From positions 1 to 52,147 of the forward strand of contig JAJFJC010000002.1 in NCBI GenBank assembly GCA_021774385.1: a stretch of DNA of 52,147 bases. The letters are read 5' to 3'. The notes beneath the pieces are model-generated. The model was not told the origin of the DNA. It saw only the letters and a program-made list of their open reading frames with translations, and searched no databases. This document shows, in pieces, positions 20,326 through 28,564 of this stretch (position 1 is the stretch's first letter; each line of letters starts with the position of its first letter). The DNA is from Alphaproteobacteria bacterium (GTDB lineage Bacteria > Pseudomonadota > Alphaproteobacteria > UBA8366 > GCA-2717185). Position numbers and translations under genes: made by a program.

Positions 20326-21936
20326 ATGTCCGATACCGACCATCCCACGATATTTCCACTGGGCGCTGATGAAACGCCCTACCGGAAACTTACATCCGAC
20401 CATGTCGCCACGGTCTCGTTCGAAGGCAGCACGGTGCTCAAGGTTGCGCCGGAAGCCCTTTCACTTTTGGCCGCCGAAGCGTTTCACGATATCAATCATT
20501 TTTTGAGACCCGGGCATCTCGCCCAACTGCGCAAGATTCTCGACGATCCCGAAGCATCCAACAACGACAAATTTGTTGCCCTCGACTTGCTAAAAAACGC
20601 CAATATCGCCGCCGGCGGCATCCTGCCGATGTGTCAGGATACCGGAACGGCAATTGTCATGGGCAAGAAAGGAGAGCGCGTCTGGACCGGAGGAAACGAC
20701 GAATCAGCCTTGGCGGAAGGTGTCATGCGCACCTATACCGGCACAAATTTGCGCTACAGCCAGGTTTCGCCACTATCGATGTACGAAGAAGCCAACACGA
20801 AAACCAACCTACCCGGACAAATCGAGATCTATGCCGAGCCCGGCGACGCTTATAAGTTTTTGTTTGTCGCGAAAGGCGGCGGTTCGGCGAACAAAACCTA
20901 TCTGTTCCAGGAAACCCCGGCGATGCTGAACCCGGAAAAATTACTGCCCTTCCTGGACGAAAAAATTAGAACACTGGGCACCGCCGCATGCCCGCCCTAT
21001 CATTTATCCGTGGTGATCGGCGGCACCTCGGCCGAATTCAATCTGAAGACCGTGAAACTGGCAAGTTGCCGGTACCTGGACGCGCTGCCAACCGAAGGGG
21101 GCGATAAGGGACAGGCGTTTCGGGATCTCGAAATGGAAGAAGCGGTGTTCAAAATGTCCCAGGCCATGGGAATTGGCGCTCAATTCGGCGGCAAATATTT
21201 TTGTCACGACGTTCGGGTTGTCCGCCTGCCGCGACATGGCGCGAGTTTGCCGATCGGCATTGGCGTCTCATGTTCCGCCGACCGTCAGGCACTCGGAAAA
21301 ATCACCGCCGACGGTATCTACCTAGAACAGCTCGAAACCAATCCCGCTCAATTCCTTCCGGAAACCGTCTCCGAAGACCTGGGTGGCGAAGTGGTGAATA
21401 TCGATCTCAATCAACCGATGTCGGACATACTCGGTACGCTGACGCGGTATCCGGTCAAGACGCGCCTGTCATTGAATGGTTCGATTATAGTCGCCCGAGA
21501 TTTGGCGCATGCGCGACTCAAGGCATTGTTGGATGCCGGCAAGGAGCTGCCACAATATATGAAGGACCATCCCGTATATTATGCCGGCCCTGCGAAAACT
21601 CCAGATGGATTCGCTTCCGGATCGTTTGGCCCAACGACGGCGGGCAGGATGGACTCCTATGTCGACCAGTTCCAAGCCGCGGCCGGTAGTATGATCATGC
21701 TGGCCAAGGGGAACCGATCCGACATGGTTCGCCAGGCCTGCCAAAAACATGGCGGGTTCTATCTCGGATCTATTGGTGGCCCGGCGGCCCGGCTAGCGCT
21801 CGATTGCATAAAGAAGGTCGAGGTTGTCGAGTACGAGGATCTCGGCATGGAAGCGATCTGGCGTATCGAAGTCGAAAACTTTCCCGCCTTCATCGTCATG
21901 GATGACAAGGGGAATGATTTTTTCAAGGACCTCTAG
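20326..21936 (+). CDS. Class I (Fe-S) fumarate hydratase
   Basis: [28 protein letters not shown] and GPTTAGRM motifs. Confidence 0.95.
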   Translation: MSDTDHPTIFPLGADETPYRKLTSDHVATVSFEGSTVLKVAPEALSLLAAEAFHDINHFLRPGHLAQLRKILDDPEASNNDKFVALDLLKNANIAAGGILPMCQDTGTAIVMGKKGERVWTGGNDESALAEGVMRTYTGTNLRYSQVSPLSMYEEANTKTNLPGQIEIYAEPGDAYKFLFVAKGGGSANKTYLFQETPAMLNPEKLLPFLDEKIRTLGTAACPPYHLSVVIGGTSAEFNLKTVKLASCRYLDALPTEGGDKGQAFRDLEMEEAVFKMSQAMGIGAQFGGKYFCHDVRVVRLPRHGASLPIGIGVSCSADRQALGKITADGIYLEQLETNPAQFLPETVSEDLGGEVVNIDLNQPMSDILGTLTRYPVKTRLSLNGSIIVARDLAHARLKALLDAGKELPQYMKDHPVYYAGPAKTPDGFASGSFGPTTAGRMDSYVDQFQAAAGSMIMLAKGNRSDMVRQACQKHGGFYLGSIGGPAARLALDCIKKVEVVEYEDLGMEAIWRIEVENFPAFIVMDDKGNDFFKDL

Positions 21937-21994
21937 TGTCCGAATTCACGTCATTAGTGGGCTGCGAAAATCGCACCCCGCTAATGGTGGGCAA

Positions 21995-23146
21995 TTATAG
22001 GTTCAACACATCGTCGTGCGTGCTGGCGGCGATAGCCATAACCTCATCGATTAAGTCTGGCGAAATGGCAAGTTCCTCGAGAGTTGCCTTCAGATGTCCA
22101 GCGACAGCGGCAAAGTGCGCCTCGCCCAGACCCTTTTCCTCGACAAGCGACTTGTGGGATTCGCGCAAGGAACGACCGGTATAGGCTTGGGGACCGCCAA
22201 AGGCGCCGGTCAGGAATATTCGTTGCATGAAGGCTTGGCGATCCATGTCGATGCCTTCGAAAAACGGTTTTAGCGTCGCGTCTCCCATGACCTTCGAATA
22301 GAAAGTATCGACGGTCGCTTCCACGGCATCGTCACCGCCAATCCGCTCGAAAAGCGTACCACCGGAAGACGGCGGCGCGCTGGGAATCGCTTCTGGCTGT
22401 ATTCTTTCCGTCTTTTCTGGCGGCGACGTTTCTGTCTTTGTTTCGGGAAATTTGACCACATTCTTGGTCGCTGGTGTCGTCGACGCCGGCGTAGGTTTCA
22501 CGATGCTTCGCTCGGCGACCGCTGCCCCTTCTGCCTGGTCATCGGCAGTTTCGGCATCCGCGGTTGGTTCAGGCGTAATCAATTTGGCCTTTTTCTTGTC
22601 CGTATCGGTCGCCGCGGGAACGCGCCGTTTCAGAACAACCGGCGGCGTTTTCATCAGAATCTCGGTGTCGAGCACACGTTCTATATCCAGCACGACCAAA
22701 AGATCGTCCGGCAAACGGAACACGCCCGTACTCAAGTGCCGTAACCTCTCGTCAAGTGTCGCCGGTGGTTTTTCAAAATCACGGCGCGGCAAATCCCGGA
22801 CATCGCCGATGGAATCGACCAGCAAGGTATAAAGGTCGCCGTGATACTCCACGGTAATCCCCATGCACCGCTCGTTTTCCCGTGCTTTGTCGATTCCAAG
22901 ACAGCGCCGCAAATTGATTACCGTAACGATCCGGCCTCTTAAATTCATCACACCGGCGATCGCGGAGGGAGCCAGCGGAACTGGTGTAATCAAGCGCGAT
23001 TCGACTATATCCTGTACCTGAAGAATTGGCACACCGAACATTTGGTTCTCGACCACCATCGTAACAAGTTGTTCCTTGTCGATGGCAATCTGGTCGAAAT
23101 CAACTGCGGCTTGATCCGTACTATCGACGATAGCAAGTTCACTCAT
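21995..23146 (-). CDS. CheW domain fused to a group I truncated haemoglobin
   Basis: N-terminal CheW (TPVP.AP..IAGVMNLRGRIVTVI, LLVDSI.DV), a ~100-aa P/T/A/E/K linker, and C-terminal trHb (LFERIGG, FY, FF, GGP..Y.GR.L..H). The ATG at 23146 has a GAGGAG RBS. Confidence 0.88.
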   Translation of the reverse strand: MSELAIVDSTDQAAVDFDQIAIDKEQLVTMVVENQMFGVPILQVQDIVESRLITPVPLAPSAIAGVMNLRGRIVTVINLRRCLGIDKARENERCMGITVEYHGDLYTLLVDSIGDVRDLPRRDFEKPPATLDERLRHLSTGVFRLPDDLLVVLDIERVLDTEILMKTPPVVLKRRVPAATDTDKKKAKLITPEPTADAETADDQAEGAAVAERSIVKPTPASTTPATKNVVKFPETKTETSPPEKTERIQPEAIPSAPPSSGGTLFERIGGDDAVEATVDTFYSKVMGDATLKPFFEGIDMDRQAFMQRIFLTGAFGGPQAYTGRSLRESHKSLVEEKGLGEAHFAAVAGHLKATLEELAISPDLIDEVMAIAASTHDDVLNL

Positions 23147-23235
23147 AAGGCACTCCTCGCATTTCCGATTGCTTCGCCTCGCCGAAATGGACGGAGGATC
23201 AGCAGTTATCGAGGAGGAACGATAATGATATTCCG

Positions 23236-23251
23236 TTAACGGAGCCTTTAC
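23236..23251. promoter_or_regulatory. Putative CtrA box upstream of cheW-globin
   Basis: TTAA-CGGAGCC-TTTAC, one mismatch to TTAA-N7-TTAAC, about 90 bp upstream of the start. Confidence 0.5.
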
Positions 23252-23273
23252 GGCCGTGAAATTCTGTTGTGGA

Positions 23274-24113
23274 TTAACCTTTGGGAACCTCGATCGGCAT
23301 CTCGTCCCGATTTCCCCATTCGTTCCATGAACCAAGATAGTTTCGGACGCGCGGGTAATCGAGCAGGCGCATAGCCAAGTAGGCATGGGCGGATCGATAC
23401 CCTGTTTGACAAAGCGCGATGATTTCCTTGTCGGCGGAAATACCGTTTTCCGCGAATAACGTGCGCAATTCATTTCCCGGTTTCATCGTGCCATCGGGCC
23501 GCAAATGGTTCACCCATTCTAAATGTACGGAACCGGGAACAGTGCCACCCTTGGCCGCGCGGCGATCCTCGCCGGTCCATTCTAACTTTCCACGGGTATC
23601 CAGAATAACGCAGTCCAGCGCGTTGATTCCCGCGCGTACATCATGGTGCGTGGCGAGACGGCCGCGATCCATTTGATATTTAAATACCGATGCTGTCGGC
23701 ACGGTCGCCTCACGCGTAACAGATAACCCGGCGGCTTCCCAGCCCGAATACCCGCCATCGAGAACATGAACATCCTTATGCCCCAGATACTCCAAAAACC
23801 ACAAACCGCGCGCGGCGGTCATTCCGGTGATTTCACCGCAAAAAACAATCGTGTCATCGAATGCGACTCCGCGACGGGCCAACAGGAATGCCCACATCCG
23901 GGTGAAGGAAAGGAGCGGCGCGTCATCGGTATCGTCGCAGTTCAGGGCATAAATATCGAAATGCCGTGCACCGGGTATATGACCCATAGCAAATCGTTCA
24001 CCGGGGCGCACATCGATGATGCGCAATGACGGGTCGTTCAGCCGCGCTTGCAAATCTTCCCGTGTCCAGAGCAAATCTGGATTTTCGTACCCTGCGGTTT
24101 CCTTTGTCGACAT
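23274..24113 (-). CDS. Tandem-domain rhodanese/sulfurtransferase (SseA-like)
   Basis: GHIPGA, VLDGG, active loop CQTGYR and YLGSWNEW. The ATG at 24113 has an AAGGA RBS. Confidence 0.9.
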   Translation of the reverse strand: MSTKETAGYENPDLLWTREDLQARLNDPSLRIIDVRPGERFAMGHIPGARHFDIYALNCDDTDDAPLLSFTRMWAFLLARRGVAFDDTIVFCGEITGMTAARGLWFLEYLGHKDVHVLDGGYSGWEAAGLSVTREATVPTASVFKYQMDRGRLATHHDVRAGINALDCVILDTRGKLEWTGEDRRAAKGGTVPGSVHLEWVNHLRPDGTMKPGNELRTLFAENGISADKEIIALCQTGYRSAHAYLAMRLLDYPRVRNYLGSWNEWGNRDEMPIEVPKG

Positions 24114-24311
24114 CGGTCGCTTTCCTTTCGGATGGATTGATTTCTCGTTAGCCACGGCTCATGGGAACAGCGGCTACGCGCAAACCCGATTGAATGTTTA
24201 GCCGGTGTCGGCCCAGCGTCATTTCCCAGTAGATCAAGGACCGGGCACGCGAAAGTGATTTCTTATGCGGCGGCTCTCCTTGCATTTGGTAGGCAATAGA
24301 CGCATTTTTCC

Positions 24312-24818
24312 ATGGTCGCCATGATAAATTTTCTAAAAACCCTGATTCGTCCCGACCGCGAGGAAAGCGATCCCGAATGTGATGAAATCGCGCGGGCGGC
24401 AAATCTTCTCCAAATCGGTGAGTTTCAACTTCTCCAGCTTGCCTATGCCGAATGGTATGGTGAGGAGTTGCCTGAATCGTCGACCGATCACTTGTTTGCA
24501 GACTATATGCTCCGCAAGCAGGTACCGCATTGGGCACGACACTATGCGCGCCGGATCAATGATTGGGAAAAACGAGAACTTCTTGATCATAGCGATGCCG
24601 CGTACCATCGCTATGACCGCGGCTATAGTATGAAGGCACCCGGCGGTATTCGCCGTTTTTGTATTGCGACCGCCGTATTGGTTGTGTTTGTTGGAGGGAG
24701 CCTTTGGGTCAGCCATTTGGCCGTGGGCGGACGTTCGGCTTCGTTTCTGCCACCGTATTTTGACACCGATGAGTTAAAGCAAACCCGAAGACATGGGGAA
24801 GTCGGTCCAGGGTCGTAA
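24312..24818 (+). CDS. Hypothetical protein with one C-terminal TM helix
   Basis: Protein-like composition (GEFQLLQLAY..WYG, VPHWARHYAR) and one hydrophobic helix; fills the gap between real genes. Confidence 0.7.
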   Translation: MVAMINFLKTLIRPDREESDPECDEIARAANLLQIGEFQLLQLAYAEWYGEELPESSTDHLFADYMLRKQVPHWARHYARRINDWEKRELLDHSDAAYHRYDRGYSMKAPGGIRRFCIATAVLVVFVGGSLWVSHLAVGGRSASFLPPYFDTDELKQTRRHGEVGPGS

Positions 24819-24833
24819 CCAAGGGAAACCGCT

Positions 24834-25037
24834 ATGTTCGAGTTCGGGGGCGAATACGAACCGTTAATCAATATCATTTTTTTGATCGTAACGGCGGGCG
24901 TGGCATGGCACGGCATCCGATTCCGCGATGCCGAAGGCAACACCGATTTTGTCCGCCTGCTCTTTGGCTGCATTGCCGCGGTATTTTTCTTTATGGTGTT
25001 GTTGCAAGATGTCTTGGGCGTGGCATCATTTGGCTAA
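24834..25037 (+). CDS. Small two-TM membrane protein
   Basis: 67 aa with two hydrophobic helices and an AAGGGA RBS; starts 15 bp after the previous gene. Confidence 0.7.
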   Translation: MFEFGGEYEPLINIIFLIVTAGVAWHGIRFRDAEGNTDFVRLLFGCIAAVFFFMVLLQDVLGVASFG

Positions 25038-25123
25038 GGGCTCTGCTCTATCTTTTTGAAGTTAGAGAAAATTCACGTGCAAACCGGTTCAACTAAAGTG
25101 ATTCCGATTTATCACGATTTGCT

Positions 25124-25735
25124 CTACGGTTTTCGCATCCGCTGTTTTTCGTCGATTTCCGGCACACGCATGAGCCGCTTTTCCGGCGGCTTTTTCAGTT
25201 GCTGCTGCAAATAGGCGGCCCGTTTGCGGACAGAGGAAGGATTTGGGATACCGTATAGTACTTTATGGATCATTCCCGGCTCGTCTACCGCCCCTTCATC
25301 TGTTCGCAGCGCTGCGACGTAGTCGGCAAACGCTTTGTCATATTTGCCGTTGCGATCATGCACGATTCCGCGATTTGCGTAAGCCGCCGCCAAAACGCCT
25401 CGACCCGTATTGTCGTCGGGTGTCAGCGTTCGGTTTAAAAAATCAATCAGGTAATTCAGTTCCGCTGCTGCATCGGCATCTTGTTCACTTTGAATAAAGA
25501 CCAACGCTCTGCCCATTAGTGCACCACGATGGTCGGGCTCTTCGGCTAATGCCTTGGCGAAATAATCGAGGGCCAAATCATGCTGGCCATCTTCGAATCG
25601 CTGCACACCGAGCTCCGTATTAAGGTCCCCTGGTGCGCGCGCGGTAAAGGATTCATAGGCCTGTGTTCCCATCACCACGACCACGATGAGCGCGATCATA
25701 AGCAAAATAAATCGACGTAGGACGGCCGCGGTCAC
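25124..25735 (-). CDS. Membrane-anchored TPR protein
   Basis: N-terminal TM and TPR-like repeats (ALDYFAKALAEEPDH; AYANRGIVHDRNGKYDKAFADY); 4-bp overlap with the upstream gene. Confidence 0.8.
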   Translation of the reverse strand: MTAAVLRRFILLMIALIVVVVMGTQAYESFTARAPGDLNTELGVQRFEDGQHDLALDYFAKALAEEPDHRGALMGRALVFIQSEQDADAAAELNYLIDFLNRTLTPDDNTGRGVLAAAYANRGIVHDRNGKYDKAFADYVAALRTDEGAVDEPGMIHKVLYGIPNPSSVRKRAAYLQQQLKKPPEKRLMRVPEIDEKQRMRKP

Positions 25736-25971
25736 GACGGCACCTTGAACAAGGTTGCCGTATAGAGAACCGAAAATACAAGACAGAGCAACGCCGCGGT
25801 GACGCCAGCCCGGTTGCGCAGGCGTTGACGCTCCGCATCATCCGTTTTGGTCCCTTTCTCGGCGCGCCGGACCATCAAAATCCAAATTAAGCGGCGTACC
25901 GGGAAAAACAGGACAAGCGCCAAAAAAGCCGCCCAAAAATATTGATAATCGGCGTTAAAGAGAGTTGCCAT
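25732..25971 (-). CDS. Small two-TM membrane protein
   Basis: 79 aa with two hydrophobic helices around a basic loop; translationally coupled to the TPR gene. Confidence 0.7.
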   Translation of the reverse strand: MATLFNADYQYFWAAFLALVLFFPVRRLIWILMVRRAEKGTKTDDAERQRLRNRAGVTAALLCLVFSVLYTATLFKVPS

Positions 25972-26034
25972 TGTCCGTCGTGAAACTCCCCGATGAATTG
26001 GAGGCCTAGTCTATCAAATTCCCGCCAATATTCG

Positions 26035-26065
26035 AAAAAAAAGGGAGGAAGCTTTGCTTCCTCCC
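26035..26065 (-). terminator. Intrinsic terminator after the sodium:solute symporter
   Basis: Perfect 10-bp stem GGGAGGAAGC-ttt-GCTTCCTCCC (26043-26065) followed by a U8 tract on the minus strand. Confidence 0.85.
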
Positions 26066-26090
26066 ATCAAAACGTCGGCTTTGGAACCGC

Positions 26091-28064
26091 TTAATCGGCG
26101 GCGCCCGTGATTGCTTCGTCCCCAATATCCTCGACCAAGGCCTCGACCTCGGTATCGGGAACCGTCGACATTTCCATTTTGTAGGCAAGGAACCACATCA
26201 TGAAAACACCCAGCAGCCAGAACAGTATCTGCCATGCCCAAATCGATGGAATTCCAAAAGTCCAACCTTCGACGCCAGCATTCGGCGCGCCGAAGATATC
26301 GTTGCCAATCACGGCGCCCGGGCCGATGCCAAAGAACATCCATGCCAGTGTGATAATCCAAGCAATAGGCACGAGTCCCTTTTTCTCCGGTGGCAGACTG
26401 GCGTGCTGGCGCAGGAAACTGTGGTACTTCATCCTGTGCTCGCGTTCCGCGGAGTTCTGCGTCATCGCCGATACGGGCAAACAGACGAGTAGGTTAAAGA
26501 ACATACCCCAGCCCGCGCTGTGGATGGTCCACGGCCAGCGACCCCAAGGCAGTTCCACGCCAACGGAACCCGCAATCGATGCGCCGAATTTTTCGGTGAA
26601 AATCACGGCAATCAACCCCACTGCGAGGCCTAGTGTTGCGCCTTGACGTGTAATCCAAGGGATCCAGGTAACCGCCGCCAAGGATGGCCACATTTGGAAC
26701 CCGAAGGCCACCGCGAGGCCGCCAAGCAGAACCAACGCGTCACGGCTATAAGTCGCGACAAGCAGAGCCGCAAAGACAATGAATGCGACACCGATACGAC
26801 CGAAAAGCTTCTGCGTCCCATGATCCGCAGTCGGATTAAGATATCGCTTGTACAAATCCCGCGTCAGCATGGCACCCGCGGTCGACATATAGGCCGCACC
26901 GGTCGACTGCATTGCCGCTAGCGCACAAACCGCCAACAAGCCAACGAGCCACGGCGCCGAGTCTCCAAGCGTATTGAAGTAGTGCGGCACCAGTCCGCCC
27001 TGCTTGTTCGCCGTGAGATCGGGCAGAACCGTAGCCAGGGCTATTCCCGCATCCGTCACCGCCTGATTGGCGCCCAGAAGATGACCGCCCATACCTTGAA
27101 AGGCCGTGAAGAAAAACAGGATCAGCCCAATGCAGAATGACGACGCGATAACCTGTTGCGGCGCGAACGGCGAGGGATCCTTATTCGCAAAGGACCACAT
27201 CGAAAAGGCCGGCGCGGACTGAATCCCCATCAAGGCGAACATGTAGGTCAGACACATGATTCCCGTCCACAAACCGCCAACCGGCGTCTCAACGCCAAGA
27301 CCGGCCGTGAACTGGATTACGCCGGGAATGGCGAAGTAGGCGTTATAGTCGCCCCCGCCAAATCCTTTGGTCGTACCCCACTTTCCAATGTCGGACGCCG
27401 CAAGCTTGGCAAATCCCGCGTTCAAGGAGTCCCAGCCACCAGCCGCGTTTAACGCGATTATCCCCGTGATAATGATACCGAGCGCGAGTAGGATACATTG
27501 CAGCGTATCCACATAGGCCACGGCGCGGAGGCCGCCCGAAGCCACATAAATAAACACCACCAGCGACAGCACCCACATGCCCGTGTTGACCGCGAGGAAG
27601 CCATCCGTCAGGACGTTGAACAGGAAACCCGACGCCCCTAACTGGACCCCCAGATAAGGAATCGAGAACAACAACGCGACAAGCACGGTCAGAATTCGAA
27701 TCGCATCACCCTGGAAATAATCCGAGAGCATTTCGCCCGGTGTCACATAGCCGAACCGTTTGCCGAGCATCCATTGCCGTTTTAGAAACAGCACCCCGGT
27801 GAATGGTATCGTTATCGTGTAAAACGATGCATAGGCGTACTGGAATCCATCCCGGTAAACCAATCCTGGATGGCCCATGAACGTCCAGCCGGAAAACGAC
27901 GTTGCCGTCGCGGCGAGAATGAAAACGATCATTGATAGCCGTCGGCCGGCGATAAAATAGTCCGACGCTGTCTTTGCGGTCATCGCACCGCGAATACCCC
28001 AGTAAATGCAGTATGCCCAATAGAGCGCGACGAACGCGAAAAGCCACATCACTTTTGCAGACAA
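26091..28064 (-). CDS. Sodium:solute symporter (SSS family), 657 aa
   Basis: DYFIAGR, SFSGWTFMG, GGLRAVAYVD and LAAMQST (Na2 site region); extra C-terminal TM pair; TTG start with GGAGG RBS. Confidence 0.92.
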   Translation of the reverse strand: MSAKVMWLFAFVALYWAYCIYWGIRGAMTAKTASDYFIAGRRLSMIVFILAATATSFSGWTFMGHPGLVYRDGFQYAYASFYTITIPFTGVLFLKRQWMLGKRFGYVTPGEMLSDYFQGDAIRILTVLVALLFSIPYLGVQLGASGFLFNVLTDGFLAVNTGMWVLSLVVFIYVASGGLRAVAYVDTLQCILLALGIIITGIIALNAAGGWDSLNAGFAKLAASDIGKWGTTKGFGGGDYNAYFAIPGVIQFTAGLGVETPVGGLWTGIMCLTYMFALMGIQSAPAFSMWSFANKDPSPFAPQQVIASSFCIGLILFFFTAFQGMGGHLLGANQAVTDAGIALATVLPDLTANKQGGLVPHYFNTLGDSAPWLVGLLAVCALAAMQSTGAAYMSTAGAMLTRDLYKRYLNPTADHGTQKLFGRIGVAFIVFAALLVATYSRDALVLLGGLAVAFGFQMWPSLAAVTWIPWITRQGATLGLAVGLIAVIFTEKFGASIAGSVGVELPWGRWPWTIHSAGWGMFFNLLVCLPVSAMTQNSAEREHRMKYHSFLRQHASLPPEKKGLVPIAWIITLAWMFFGIGPGAVIGNDIFGAPNAGVEGWTFGIPSIWAWQILFWLLGVFMMWFLAYKMEMSTVPDTEVEALVEDIGDEAITGAAD

Positions 28065-28422
28065 GGCGAGTTCCTCCCATTTGACGGCGGTATCGGCGTC
28101 TCAATGCGTCCAAGAAGCCGGTTGCCGCTCCTACGCAACAAGCCCTTTAACATCAATCGGCAGCCGTCTCTTGCACATCATACTGCGGCCTTATTACGCC
28201 GAGCGAAGCAAAGAACTCTAATCTCCCAATCTCAGTGGTTATCAAATATTTGTAAAATTTGCAAGCAAAACGGAGACTCTTATGGACGGTTCGAAATTAC
28301 CCTCTAATAAGCACAAAGTAATACCATCGAAAAGATGATAAAATTTTTATTAATCAAACATATGGAGCAAATTATCTAAGGGCGTGTACTGCGGTTATTA
28401 GACCTTTTTATCTATTATTTTT

Positions 28423-28501
28423 TGCATTGCAGCATTAATATTTTATTCTTTCCGCACCAATACACCGCAAAATACTGCGAATCAGTCCATGCGACGCACA
28501 T
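28423..28501. promoter_or_regulatory. Two PhaR-like boxes in the divergent SSS/DUF294 promoter
   Basis: TGCATTGCAGCA (28423-28434) and TGCGACGCACAT (28490-28501), compared with the rhizobial PhaR consensus as I recall it (TGCRNYGCASMA). Confidence 0.45.
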
Positions 28502-28564
28502 TGCAAAGTAAGCAGGTTCGCGGTTGAATGGTCCTGTTGGGTCAAGCAAGGACAGGCGCCAACG

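Noticed and set aside
23147-23473. 109-aa N-terminal extension of the CheW-globin ORF in the ORF track
   Set aside because: It overlaps the sulfurtransferase in another frame, and a good RBS precedes the ATG at 23146.
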